Source: an uncultured Gemmatimonadaceae bacterium
GTDB taxonomy: Bacteria; Gemmatimonadota; Gemmatimonadetes; Gemmatimonadales; Gemmatimonadaceae
Direction of reading: 5' to 3'
Assembly: GCA_963829055.1 (NCBI GenBank)
Contig: CAWHHI010000003.1
Coordinates: 96,001-160,000 of the forward strand
DNA length: 64,000 nucleotides
Positions 63,248-64,000 of the stretch are shown here, piece by piece. Every line of letters starts with the position of its first letter. Positions within the stretch are counted from its first letter, which is position 1. Position numbers and translations under genes: made by a program. The notes below the pieces were generated by a model, which saw only the letters and a list, made by a program, of their open reading frames with translations, searched no databases and had not been told where the DNA came from.

Positions 63248-64000
63248 ATGACCGCTCTCCGTGATGGACTCCGCGTCCTCCGACGCTCCCCCGGCATGGC
63301 GACTCTGGCGGCGATCGCCCTAGGGCTCGGAATCGGGTCCACGACCACGATGTACTCGATCACGCGCGGCATCCTCCGGCAACTTCCGGTCGACCAGCCC
63401 GAGCGATTGATGCACGTGGCCATGACCGACCGCACCGAAGGCGACGAATACCTTCGGATCCCGGTCGCCGACATCGTCGCCCTGCGTGAACAGCAGCGGA
63501 GCTTCGAGTCCATTGCCGCCTACGAAGACGTGCCGGTCAACATCGGCGACACCGACCATCGCGCGGAGCGACTCTCGGGCGGAACGGTGACCGCGAGCCT
63601 CTTCAGAGTCCTGCGCGTTAGGCCTCTGCTCGGACGCACGCTCTCGATCGACGATGAACGACCCGGCGCACCGCCCGTCGCGGTGCTGAGCCACACGCTC
63701 TGGCAGAACCGGTACGCGGGCGATCGCTCCGTTATCGGTCGCACGATTCGGGTCAACGGCGCGCCGACCACGGTGGTGGGAGTCATGCCGGAGGGATTCG
63801 GCTTCCCTACGAAGGAGCAACTGTGGACGCCGCTCGCGCTCGACGCCAACCGCGGAAGCGCCTCGGGCGACAGGACCCCATCGTCCTACAACGTCATTGG
63901 CCGGCTCCGCGACGGCGCGACACGCGAGAGCGCAGGTGCGGAGATCGCGGCCATTGGGCGTCGACTCGCCATTGCCGATCCGAAAGCGCACGAGGGTCGT
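63248..64000 (+). CDS. ADOP-type ABC permease, 5' part (runs off the window)
   Basis: MTALRDGLRVLRRSPG..IALGLGIG.TTTMYS; GVMPEGFGFP. Confidence 0.85.
   Translation, partial: MTALRDGLRVLRRSPGMATLAAIALGLGIGSTTTMYSITRGILRQLPVDQPERLMHVAMTDRTEGDEYLRIPVADIVALREQQRSFESIAAYEDVPVNIGDTDHRAERLSGGTVTASLFRVLRVRPLLGRTLSIDDERPGAPPVAVLSHTLWQNRYAGDRSVIGRTIRVNGAPTTVVGVMPEGFGFPTKEQLWTPLALDANRGSASGDRTPSSYNVIGRLRDGATRESAGAEIAAIGRRLAIADPKAHEGR

Noticed and set aside
1477..63622. CCTAACG as a single systematic basecalling error or a C-to-T deamination product of CCCAACG
   Set aside because: In Leu-Thr and Val-Arg readings that change is non-synonymous, yet conserved residues (SDR GLTRA) and true stop codons are correct. 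Raw reads are still needed to exclude artefact fully.

Overview
High-GC bacterial chromosomal DNA with about 55 genes and no rRNA, tRNA, CRISPR array or intact transposase that I can see. Gene content (PadR plus duplicated orphan ABC permeases, Tat-signal TldD, DUF1080, Uma2) suggests Gemmatimonadota or a similar soil lineage; this is inference. Main blocks are two paralogous tldD-tldE pairs, three ADOP-type permeases, a seven-gene GT2/flippase/GT-C glycosylation cluster, an ATPase-less MacA/MacB/TolC set, and assorted hydrolases and transporters. Many single-base frameshifts suggest an error-prone long-read consensus. The strongest unexplained signal is a non-palindromic heptamer, CCTAACG/CGTTAGG (usually GCCTAACG). 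I counted at least 60 copies by eye, about one per kb on both strands. It sits inside genes in every possible reading, forcing rare codons (TTA, CTA, AGG), and supplies three stop codons, which resembles a DNA-uptake- or HIP1-like genome signature. At least five families of intergenic repeats are also present.
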